This document shows, piece after piece, positions 1 through 10,536 of a stretch of DNA of 64,000 bases. A program made the translations under genes and the position numbers. This stretch comes from Somniosus microcephalus. Lineage: Eukaryota. The notes beneath the pieces are model-generated. The model searched no databases and was not told the DNA's origin. It worked only from the letters and a program-made list of their open reading frames with translations. Every line of letters begins with the position of its first letter. Positions within the stretch are counted from its first letter, which is position 1. The stretch lies in NCBI GenBank assembly GCA_052327205.1, contig CM126206.1, positions 261,888,001 through 261,952,000 of the forward strand. The letters are read 5' to 3'.

Positions 1-139
1 AGGACAATACAATCAGAGGCTCGATCTCGCGGCTATTCGAGCTGAATTGGAGGCTGTATTTAACTGGCCGGCACAGGCACAATGGGCGGAATGGCCTCTT
101 CTGCGCTGTAGGATTTTATGATTCTATGATTATTCTATG
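1..139 (+). mobile_element. 3' tail of a CR1 (HER1-like) LINE
   Basis: ATGGGCGGAATGGCCTCTTCTGCGCTGTAGG followed by (ATTCTATG)-like terminal repeats; the same tail type ends the CR1 at about 61060-61100. Confidence 0.65.
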
Positions 140-228
140 TTTGAGAAAGGCGAGTCGTTATAAAGCAGCATGCGGAGGTGAAGGACACACCTGGAGACAG
201 GCAGAGGCGCAAGGGGATAGTCCTAGCA

Positions 229-692
229 CGATAGCAAAATACTGCAGATGTTGGAAATCCGAAATAACAACAGAAAATGCTGGAAAAACTCAGCAGGTCA
301 GGCAACATCCGTGGAGAGAAATTTGAGTTGACGTTTCGGGTTGAACCCTTCTTCAAAACTGGAAAGAAAAGAAACTAGATCGAAGGCAGGGCTGCTATCG
401 GACAAAAGAATAAAAGAAACAAAAGAAGTAAAAGAGATTAGAAGCTAGACGAGATGGTAATAGGCTGGGATTAGGTGTAAAGTGTACTGGCAGGGCAAAA
501 GATAGCTGCCAGGTGTGAGAGAGAAACAAAAGGAAAGGGGGGGGGGGAAAGGAGTGGAACAATTACAAGAGAAAATGAAATGGGGGCCGAGCTTATGATC
601 TGAAATTGTTGAACTCGATATTGAGTCCGGAAGGCTGCAGAGTGCCTAATCGGAAGATGAGGTGCTGTTCCTTGAGTTTACGTTGAGCTTCC
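229..692 (-). mobile_element. 5'-truncated Penelope-like retroelement (GIY-YIG C-terminus, 3' region and hammerhead motif)
   Basis: Minus-strand 691-593 translates EAQRKLKEQHLIFRLGTLQPSGLNIEFNNFRS*, a PLE GIY-YIG C-terminal motif. Flanked by 14-bp TSD GGATAGTCCTAGCA (215-228 and 693-706). Hammerhead-like motif at 326-360 (-). Confidence 0.85.
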
Positions 693-1492
693 GGATAGTC
701 CTAGCAACTCACCTGGAGACAGTAAGGCCGCGACTTCTAGGTGAATCCCAGTTCCCCTCTTGCCGGGGGCGGATGATGTTGACGGTTACGGACGAGTTGT
801 AGCCCGGCCCTCCTCCTTCTGCCACTCGCTCTGTCCTTTCCCTGTCCAGACTCCGGCTGTGCTGGGCTCGCTATTTAGTCATCTGCAGGCGGCCGCTCCA
901 AGAACGCGTGAGGCAGGAGGACGCGCTCGGCAACTCAACCCGCAGCGCCTCCTTACAACAGGGAATTCATGTGGTGCAGGTTCACAATATGACTTATCAA
1001 AACGTCCCCTTTATAGGGAGCGAAAAAACAAATAACTACAACAGTACACGTACTGGAAAACAGCATGTCAGTCAACATCTGCAGGAAGAGCAGATAGAAG
1101 GGGTTGAGGTATCTGATTCTTTGTTCACCCACCTGGGGTATCTGATGCTTTGCTCATCCATAGAATCATATGTGAGGTAGCTGATGATATGTTGGCCCAT
1201 CTGAGGTTGGGGTATCATGCTTTACTCACAATTCAAGTGAGGGCTGGGATATTTTTAATATATATGTTGATTCTTGGGATGTGGGTAAGGCTGACATTTA
1301 TGTCCATCCCTAGTTGGTGCGTGTTTATTACATGCTGAAAGTGCAGAAATTAACACGTTATCAGGTTACGTAATATGTTCTCTCTTTACATAAGGTGTAA
1401 TATTTCACAATAAGTAAAACAAAAATAATAATAAATATATATGTTTAATTGTATAACTTTTTTATACAGAAAAAAATACTTGTTTTCTGTTA

Positions 1493-1560
1493 CAGGGGGT
1501 CCGTGGAATTTTTATAACACGGGATGCGCGCCTCAGAAACAAAAAAGTTGAGAACCCCTG
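1493..1560. mobile_element. possible terminus of a hAT (Charlie-like) DNA transposon fragment
   Basis: GGGGTCCGTGG subterminal motif and end AAAAAAGTTGAGAACCCCTG; no partner TIR identified. Confidence 0.3.
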
Positions 1561-2294
1561 AACTAGAAATTCAAGGTGGCTGGCATGGTGCAAGCTACCA
1601 TCTGTAGGCCCTTTCACTATGCTGAAAGTAGATGCCCATCTTATAGCTAATGAGGAGACTGGGACTTGGGATGGCAGCTACTTACCTGGAAGACAGATAT
1701 GAGAACATACACTCGTATCCAAGGCACAATGCCTACCATGATTGGTTTGCAGAGAGGCAAGCAGCAGCTCCTGAAATTCCACACCTGCAAAGGCTCCAAC
1801 CACTTGGAACCACTGATCAATGGGAAGTGATATGTGTCCATGCTGTGGTCAGGGAATGGTAGCAATGTACTTGCATCTTACAGTAAGTTGTGCTGATCAC
1901 CATGCCAATTGTGAGGAGCTCCTGATACCTGATGCCTACCTAACGAGGGCTCAGACCTGTAATTAATTGTTCAACAACCACCTAGTGACTATCATCCAGG
2001 GAGAGGGAGGTGTGATAAGCAGGGGGTTCAGATTGCTCCAAGGTGACATGCGTAGTGAAGCTCAGTACCAAAGTCAGCCATCTGTGGCAGACTCACTAAT
2101 CCGCTATCTATGGCAGGCAGTACACCAGGGTGATTGTAATGATTAACCAGCCAGTCTGGCTTATGAATGGGTTGACATTCTTACCACTCGGCTCCACGTG
2201 ATCCTGCAAGCCAATGCCTCAACAAGTAGGATAATCCTAGCTGGACGAGCAGCAGGGAGCCGCTCCTGAATGCTGCATGGTATTAGCTAGTTAA

Positions 2295-3873
2295 ACTAGC
2301 ATTGGATACAGCAAAGGTTATGGGCCCCAACAACATCCTGGCTATTGTGCTGAAGACTTGTGCTTCAGAACTAGCCATGCCTCTAGCCAAGCTGTTCCAG
2401 TACAGTTACAACACTGGCATCTATCCGGCAATGTGGAAAACTGCCCAGGTATGTCCTGTCCACAAAAAGCAGGACAAATCCAATCTGGCCAATTACCACC
2501 ACCCCCAGTCTACTCTCAATCATCAGCAAAGTGATGGAAGGTGTCATCGACAGTGCTATCAAGCGGCACTTGCTCACCAATAACCTGCTCACTGATGCCC
2601 AGTTTGGGTTCCGCCAAGACCACTTGGCTCGTGGCCTCATTACAGCCTTGGTCCAAACATGGACAAAGGAGCTGAATTCCAGAGGTGAGGTGAGAGTGAC
2701 TGCCCTAGACATCAAGGCAGCATTTGACCGAGTGTGGCATCAAGGAGCCCTAGTAAAACTGAAGTCAATGGGAATCAGGGGGAAAACTCTCCACTGGCTG
2801 GAGTCATACCTAGCACAAAGGAAGATGGTTGTGGTGGTTGAAGGTCAATCATCACAGCCCCAAGACATCGCTGCAGGAATTCCTCAGGGCAATGACCTAG
2901 GCCCAACCATCTTCAGCTGCTTCATCAATGACCTTCCCTCCAACATAAGGTCAGAAATGGGGATGTTCGCTGATGACTGCACAGTGTTCAGTGCCATTCA
3001 CAACTCCTCAGATAATGAAGCAATCCATGCCCGCATGCAACAAGACCTGGATGACGTTCAGGCTTGGTCTGATAAGTGGCAGGTAACATTCGCGCCACAG
3101 AAATGCCAGGCAATTACTATCCCCAACAAGCGAGAGTCTAACCCCTGCCCCATGACATTCAATGGCATTACCATCGCCGAATCCCCCACCAGCAATATCC
3201 TGGGGGGTCACCATTGACCAGAAACTTAACTGGACTAGCCACATAAATACTGTGGCAACAAGAGCAGGTCAGAGGCTAGGTATTCTGCGGTGAGTGTCTC
3301 ACCTCCTGACTCCCTGAAGCCTTTCCACCATCTACAAGACACAAGTAAGGAGCATGATGGAATACACTCCACTTGCCTGGATGAGTGCAGCTCCAACAAC
3401 ACTCAAGAAGCTCGACACCATACAGGACAAAGCAGCCCACTTGATTGGCACCCCATCCACCACCTTAAACATTCACTCCCTCCACCACCGGCGTACCGTG
3501 GCTGCAGTGTGTACCATCTACAAGATGCACTGCAGCAACTCGCCAAGGTTTCTTCGGCAGCACCTCCCAAACCCGCAACCTCTTCTACCTAGAAGGACAA
3601 GGGCAGCAGGCGCATGGGAACACCACCACCTCCAAGTTCCCCTCCAAGTCACACACCATCCTGACTTAGAAGTATATCGCTGATCCTTCATCGTCGCTGG
3701 GTCAAAAGCCTGGAACTCCTTACCTAACTGCACTGTGGGAGTACATTCACCACACGGACTGGAGCAGTTCAAGAAGGCGGCTCACCACCACCTTCTCAAG
3801 GGCAATTAGGGATGGGCAATAAATGCTGGCCTTGCCAGCAACGTCCACATCCCATAAACGGATTTTAAAAAAC
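2295..3873 (+). mobile_element. 5'-truncated non-LTR retrotransposon (CR1/L2-group RT), frameshifted
   Basis: RT motifs in ORFs 2302, 2531 and 3354 (QFGFR, LDIKAAFDRVWH, GIPQG..LGP, FADD); 3' UTR ends AATAAA...A-rich tail at about 3870. Confidence 0.9.
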
Positions 3874-5244
3874 TTCAGCACCCCTGTTCACATTTGGGGG
3901 TCCCTAAGTCTTGGTTCTGCCAACCTGCACCTAAGCTCTGTGGTCTTGGGTTAGTTTCCTGCCAGGAAAAAATGTGGGCTGCTTATTGGGAAAATAGAAG
4001 TCTTACAGGCAGGTGTAAATTTCTTAGTTGCTTGTTTTGGAGATTCTTAGACAAGGGACAGGAGCACACCCCACAAGTGTTACTTGCAGACCCTTGGCTG
4101 ACCAAAATAAATTAATTCCATTTTAGTGAAAGTACCTGTTTTTATGTAATGCCCTCAATATAGGACCAGTTTAATGACACAAGAGACTTCATCAACAATG
4201 TAAGTTAAATTAACTCAAAGCATTTATTTGATATCAGACTTCATAGGCCCAGGCATTGGGCAATGGTTGTATTTTTCTAATTATCATTAACTACCTGCTC
4301 TTTGAGCCACTGTGTTGCAGCATTTCCACTGTTACTCGAGCAACATAAGCACTGCAATGCTGTATTTCTTCTTTTATGACAATGTAACTGTTTACACAGG
4401 ACCAAAACAACATTAAACAAATCGTAAATCATCTTACTCCTGGACCCATGCTAGTTCGGACGAGTAGGCCTATTTTTGCTTCCATTTTCATTTTCGCAGG
4501 AATTTTCTCTCCTGTTTCTGTAGGCATTGGCCTCTAGATGGTAACAGTTTCATTACGTGCTTTGGACCCTCCGGTACCTCATCCAGGTTTATGTGAGGAT
4601 CACTGCAGAGCCCTAACTCTAGTATTGTGCAACGAGAAAGGGTTAATTAATAACCTTGTAGTAAAGGGACCTTTAGGGAAGAGTGACCATAATATGATAG
4701 AATTTTATATTGAGTTTGAAAGTGATTTAGTTAAATCCAAAACTAGGGTCTTAAATCTAAACAAAGCAAACTACGTAGGTATGAGGGGCGAGTTGGCTAA
4801 GGTAGATTGGGAAAGTACATTAAAAGTTATGATGGTAGACAAGTAATGGCTAGCATTTAAAGAATTATTACATAATTTACAATAAATATACATTCCTTTA
4901 AGGCACAAAAATCCCACAGGAAAAGTGGTTCAACCGTGGCTAACAAGAGAAGTTAAAGATAATATTAGATCAAAGGAAGAGGCTTATAATGTTGCCAAAA
5001 AGAGTAGTAAGCCAGAGGATTGGGAGGATTTTAGAATTCAGCAAAGGAGGACCAAGAAATTGATAAAGGGAAAATAGAATATGGGAGTAAACTAGCGAGA
5101 GACATGAAAACAGACTGTAAAAGCTTCTATAGGTATGTAAAAAGAAAAAGATTAGCAAAAGTAAATGTGGGTCCTTTACAGGCTGAGACAGGAGAAATTA
5201 TAATGGGGAATAAGGAAATAGCACAGAAATTAAACAAATACTTT

Positions 5245-6089
5245 GGGCTGGATTTTCATTGAGGAGTCGGGTAGGAAGCGGGACTACAACTTTTGGGGTT
5301 GTAGTCCCGCCTCCATCAAGTTCTAGCCAACCCACGCGATTTTGACTTGATTGACCTTGTTGAGCCCGCCCAGTGGGCTCAGCAGGCCAATTAAGGGCTA
5401 CCCGGCAACAGGTGACATCACAGATTGATATTTCATCTGTCAAGACCTTTTGACAGATGAAATATCAGCGTTTCACAGCTGTTTGAAGCTGTCAAACACT
5501 GACAATCTGTACTCTAAGTTAATTCCTTCCTCTCAGGATGATTTAGAGATCTCCCCGGAACAGAAAGCTGAATGCTGCAATTTTTGACAGCTCGCAGCCA
5601 TTCTGCTTTCTGTGCCAGTGAGATGAGGGACTCCTGAGACCTGAAGGAAGGGAGGCTGTAAAAGTAAGTAAAGGTATGTAAAACTTCTTTAAACACTTTA
5701 CACACATCAAACACACTTACCTTTGCACTCATGCACCCATCACTCACCTGAACACCGGACATCTTGACCCCTCCAAGCCCTTCATCCCGACGGTCTGCCT
5801 CCTCTAACTTGGCGTGGTTTGGAGCCATCGGGAATCCCACACTTCAACATTAAAAATAGGGATTAGGCTAAAAACTGCCTGTTAACTACCTGTTAACAGG
5901 CAGTTAATTGGCACTAATCCCATTCCCGCCTCGGGGAGGTGGGTCCCAGTGCGGGTCGGGTACCCGCCTCCTATCAAACTGGCATGGAGGCGGGTTGGGT
6001 CCAGGATGGGTTCGTGCCCCCCGATTTCGGGATTTTAACCCCCCACACGCCTCCAATCCCGCCTCCACGGCCCAATGAAAATCCTGCCC
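5245..6089. mobile_element. non-autonomous PIF/Harbinger-type element (MITE)
   Basis: 17-bp TIR GGGC(T/A)GGATTTTCATTG (16/17 match), 3-bp TSD TTT; the CR1 sequence rejoins exactly across it. Confidence 0.85.
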
Positions 6090-6692
6090 TTTGTGTCTGT
6101 CTTCATGGAAGAAGACGCAAAAAACTTCCCAGAAATAGTGGAGAACCAAGAGAATGAGGAACTGAAAGAAATTATTAGTAAAAAAATAGTACTGGAGAAA
6201 TTAATGGGACTGAAAGCCAATAAATCCCCTGGACCTGATGGCCTACATCCTAGGGTTTTGAAAGAGGTGGTTACAGAGATAGTGGATGCATTAGTTGTCA
6301 TTTTTCAAAATTACATAGATTCTAGAATGGTTCCCGCGGATTGGAAGGTAGTGAATGTAACCCCACTATTTAGGAAAGGAGGGAGAGAGAAAATGGGGCA
6401 CTACAGACCAGTTAGCCTGACATCAGTAGTAGGGAAAATGCTAGGATCTATTATTAAGGACGTGATAACAGGGCACTTAGAAAATAATAATAGGCAGAGT
6501 CAACACAGATTTATGAAAGGGAAATCGTGTTTGACAAATCTGTTAGAGTTTTTTGAGGTTGTAAGTAACAGAATAGATAAGGGGGAACCAGTGGATGTGG
6601 TGTATTTGGATTTTCAGAATGCATTCGATAAGGTGCCACACAAGAGGTTATTAAACAAAATTAGGGCTCATGGGATTGGGGGTAATATACTA

Positions 6693-7287
6693 CAACAACA
6701 ACAACTTGTATTTATATAGCACCTTTAATGTAGTAAAATGTCCCAAGGCGCTGCACAGGAGAATTTTAAGACAAAAAATTTGACACTGAGCCACATAAGG
6801 ATAAATTAGGGCAGGTGACCAAAAGCTTGGTCAAAGAGGTAGGTTTTAAGGAGCGTCTTAAAGGAGGAAAGAGAGGTAGCAAGGCGGAGAGGTTTAGGCA
6901 GGGAATTCCAGAGCTTAGGGCTTAGGCAACAGAGGGCACAGCCACCAATTGTTGAGCAATTATAATCAGGAATGCTCAAGAGGTCAGAATTAGAGGAGCA
7001 TAGACATCCTGGGGGGGGGGGGTTGTGGGGCTGAAGGAGATTACAGAGATAGGAAGGGGAGAGGCCATGGAGGGATTTGAAAACAAGGATGAGAATTTTG
7101 AAATCGAGGGGTTGCTTAACCGGGAGCCAATGTAGGTCAGCGAGCACAGGGGAGATGGGTGAACGGGACTTGGTGCGAGTTAGGACACGGGCAGCCGAGT
7201 TTTGGATGACCTCAAGTTTACATAGGGTGCAATGTGGGAGGCCAGCCAGGAGTGCATTGGAATAGTCAAGTCTAGAGGTAACAAAGA
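6693..7287 (-). mobile_element. L2 LINE 3' fragment
   Basis: ORF 6806-7147 (LADLHWLPVKQ..FKIL..LWNSLP..FKTLLKTYLF) is the L2 ORF2 C-terminus; tail GCTATATAAATACAAG(TTG)n. Confidence 0.88.
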
Positions 7288-8989
7288 CATGGATTAAGGA
7301 TTGATTAACGGACAGAAAATAGAGAGTAGGTATAAACGGGTAATTTTAGTGTTGGCAGGCTGTAACTAGTGGGGTACCGCAAGGATCAGTGCTTGGGACT
7401 CAGCTATTCACAATCTATGTCAATGATTTGGATGAGGGGACCAAATGTAATATATCCAAGTTTGCTGATGATACAAAGCTAGGTGGGAATGTAAATTGTG
7501 AGGAGGATGCAAAGAGGCTTCAAGGGGATATAGACAGGCTAAGTGAGTGGACAAGAACATGGCAAATGGAATATAATGTGGAGAAATGTGAAGTTATCCA
7601 CTTTGGTAGGAAAAATAGAAAAGCAGAGTATTTTTTAAATGGTGAGAGATTGGGAAATGCTGGTGTTCAGAGGGACCTGAGTGTCCTTGTACACGAATCA
7701 CTGAAAGTTAACATGCAGGTACAGCAAGCAATTAGGAAAGCAAATGGTATGTTGGCCTTTATTACTAGAGGATTTGAGTATAAGAGTAAAGACATCTTAC
7801 TGCAATTATATAGGGCCCTGGTGAGACCACACCTGGAGTATTGTGTACAGTTTTGGTCTCCTTACCTAAGGAAGGATATACTTGCCATAGAGGGAGTGCA
7901 ACGAAGGTTCACCAGACTGATTGCTGGGACGGGGGGATTGTCCTATGAGGAGAGATTGAGTAGACTAGGCCTATATTCTCTGGAGTTTACAAGAGTGAGA
8001 GGCGATCTCATTGAAACATACAAAATTCTTACAGGGCTTGACAGGGTAGATGCAGGGAGGATGTTTCCCCTGGCTGGGGAGTCGAGAACCAGGGGTCACA
8101 GTCTCAGAATAAGGGGTCAGCCATTTAGGACTGAGATGAGGAGAAATACCTTCACTCAGAGGGTGGTGGATCTTTGGAATTCTCTACCCCAGAGGGCTGT
8201 GGAGGCTCATTCGTTGAGTATATTCAAGACAGAGATCGATAAATTCTTGGATATTAAGGGAATCAAGGGATATGGGGATAGTGCAGGAAAATGGAGTTGA
8301 GGTAGAAGATCAGCCATGATCTTAATGAATGGCAGAGCAGGCTGGAGGGGCCAAATGGCCTACTCCTGCTCCTATTTCTTATGTTCTTGACCCCACCCAA
8401 ATGTGCACTCCACGCACTTCAGGCAGTGGTCACCGGATCGTAATCTGGGCCATAAACCGTGGCCGATCTAGGAAGGACAATTGTAGCACCTCTACCCGCA
8501 GGTTAGCCGTGGGCCAGCCAATAGATCTGTTTTGATGATTTCGATGTCTCTTCCCCCCCTCGCCCGATTCTTTATGCAGCCCTATTTATTCACCTGTTCT
8601 TTTATACCCCGGAACAGGAGGAGGAATAAAGTGGGGGATGAATTCACTAGTTGACATATATTCAACCTTCATCTTTGTCAAATCCTATCAAATTATGCCC
8701 AATAAAAGCGCAACTTGACCCCTGACTCATTTTGTGTTTCGTTTTAATGTTGAACTCGATTTCGCTTCTCACTTTCGAAACTAATCCCAACTCTTGTGTA
8801 ATTTAAACAAGCGAGTTGTTTCTGTCTCACTTCTCTCGCCCTTTCCCCTTATTAAAGACGCTGGGTGACGGTGGCTCTGAATTACCCTCTTTAGTGCACA
8901 GTCGCATGCTTTGACCGCGAGCGTCACCCGCTCCAGAAAAGCCAAACCGCCCTCCAGCCAATCCGCCGGCGACCTAATCCCCCAGCTCC

Positions 8990-9078
8990 GGGTCAAACCC
9001 GAAACGTCAACTCAAATTTCTCTCCACGGATGTTGCCTGACTTGCTGAGTTTTTCCAGCATTTTCTGTTGTTATTCCG
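8990..9078 (+). mobile_element. about 90-bp Penelope-like terminal fragment in the rbm24 promoter
   Basis: Near-identical to 28699-28786 and to the reverse complement of about 260-347; carries only the 3' half of the hammerhead motif. Confidence 0.85.
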
Positions 9079-9094
9079 GCGGCACAATGGCAGG

Positions 9095-9704
9095 AAGCCA
9101 ATGATTGGTCGGTCTCCGGGGGGGCGTGGCTTGATGACCGACACGCACAATCGGCGCCTCATGTGTGGGCGGGGCATTGTGCTGGGTGGGTTTGTCTCGG
9201 CGGAGGAGGCGGAACAAGAGAGAGGGGCGGGGTTAGCGAGGGGCGGAGTTCGGCGTGGGCGGGGTTAGAGAGTGGGCGGAGTTCGGCATGGGCGTGGTTA
9301 GAGAGTGGGCGGGGTTCGTCGTGGGCGGGATTAGAGAGTGGGCGGAGTTCGGCGTGGGCGGGGTTAGAGAGTGGGCGGAGTTCGGGGCGGGAGAATGACA
9401 GGAGCAGCCAGACCGACAGCGGGCACTTAAAGAGCCCAGACAGCGGGCACTGGAAACAGCGGATTGCGAGCGGGCCGGGAGCGCAGCCCACAAAGTGTGT
9501 TTTTTTGCATTTTATCTACCTCACGGGGCAGCTGGAAACTTTTATTTATTTATTTATTTATTGGGGAAGTGCGGGGAGGGGGGACGACAAGTCAGAAAGG
9601 GTGCATTTACATCATTTCTCCGCCGGCTCGTGTCATTGTGACAGGATCAAAGCCCACCGTCGCGCGTGTCTCGTGTGAGGTTTGCAGGCTGCGCCGGGGG
9701 CAAG
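9095..9704 (+). promoter_or_regulatory. CpG-rich rbm24 promoter/5' region with CCAAT boxes and GC boxes
   Basis: CCAAT and ATTGG at about 9098-9108; many GGGCGG boxes; CpG-rich up to the ATG at 9705. TSS not determinable. Confidence 0.6.
9225..9391 (+). repeat. 33-bp minisatellite, about 5 copies, two GC boxes per unit
   Basis: Unit GGGCGGGGTTAGAGAGTGGGCGGAGTTCGGCGT repeated with few substitutions. Confidence 0.92.
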
Positions 9705-9872
9705 ATGCACACCACCCAGAAGGACACCACCTTCACCAAGATCTTCGTCGGCGGGCTGCCCTATCACACCACCGACGCGTCGCTCCGCAAGTACTTCGAG
9801 GTGTTCGGCGACATCGAGGAAGCGGTGGTCATCACGGACCGGCAGACGGGCAAGTCCCGCGGCTACGGCTTT
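9705..9872 (+). CDS. rbm24: RNA-binding protein 24, coding exon 1 (RRM N-part)
   Basis: [56 protein letters not shown]; RNP2 motif and start of RNP1; donor GTAAGT at 9873; 168 nt. Confidence 0.96.
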
Positions 9873-10038
9873 GTAAGTACTCAGCGAGGCAAGAGTGTGG
9901 AAGTTAACCAACGATAGTTGATAAATGATCATTAATAAATGACGATGATGATGATTGCTGTCAGTGCGATGGCTGGTTTGCTGTTTTAAGTGGTTTGATG
10001 CCGGGCTGTGTCCCGGGTTTTCTTTTCCCTGGTTACAG

Positions 10039-10162
10039 GTGACCATGGCTGACCGGGCGGCGGCGGAGCGAGCATGCAAAGATCCCAATCCCATCATCGA
10101 CGGCAGGAAAGCCAATGTCAACCTGGCTTACCTGGGGGCGAAACCTCGGATCATGCAGCCAG
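10039..10162 (+). CDS. rbm24: rbm24 coding exon 2
   Basis: Acceptor TTACAG; [41 protein letters not shown]; donor GTGAGT; 124 nt. Confidence 0.96.
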
Positions 10163-10481
10163 GTGAGTGAGAGAGTCGGGGCCAAGAGCTCAAGATAACC
10201 CCCCCCCCCCACCCCCCGCCAAAAAGAAAAATAATCCATCAGTCAGAATCAATTTAAAAGAAAAAGTCTTTAAAAAAAAGCACAACAAATAAGGGCAAGA
10301 AGGTTTGGAAGAAAGGGGGACATTGAGATTAGGATATTAATCTGGACGCTGTTGCGTTTTCACAGTAGATGGTCAAAGCACTTGATCTAAAGTTGGGACC
10401 GTGTCTCTGTGTCAGCTTGTATTCCTGTGCTGAGTGAAGTTTTGTTTCCATTTGTAACGTTGAATCTGGTTGCCTTGACAG

Positions 10482-10536
10482 GTTTCGCTTTCGGAGTGCA
10501 GCAAATTCACCCTGCTTTCGTCCCCCGACCATATGG
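10482..10536 (+). CDS. rbm24: rbm24 coding exon 3 (not in the ORF track)
   Basis: Acceptor TTGACAG; (G)FAFGVQQIHPAFVPRPY(G); donor GTAAGT; 55 nt; phases fit exons 2 and 4. Confidence 0.93.

Larger units (their letters stand above)
4620..8388 (+). mobile_element. CR1 LINE (ORF2 remnant), interrupted by a MITE (5245-6089) and an L2 fragment (6693-7287)
   Basis: CR1 ORF2 pieces: LGKSDHN (end of endonuclease), KSPGPDGLHPRVLKE, YLDFQNAFDKVPH, KFADDTKL, RPHLEYCVQFWSP; tail CCTACTCCTGCTCCTATTTCTTATGTTCTT. Confidence 0.92.

Noticed and set aside
1640-2290. Short ORFs upstream of the first LINE
   Set aside because: No recognisable homology or exon structure.
9159-9678. Repetitive ORFs (AGLESGRSSAW / HAELRPLSNPA) upstream of rbm24
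   Set aside because: Translations of the 33-bp promoter minisatellite; open because the unit is a multiple of 3 and GC-rich.
9666-9917. ORF-track start at 9666 and read-through to 9917
   Set aside because: Non-ATG start call; the conserved start is the ATG at 9705 and the exon ends at the 9873 donor.
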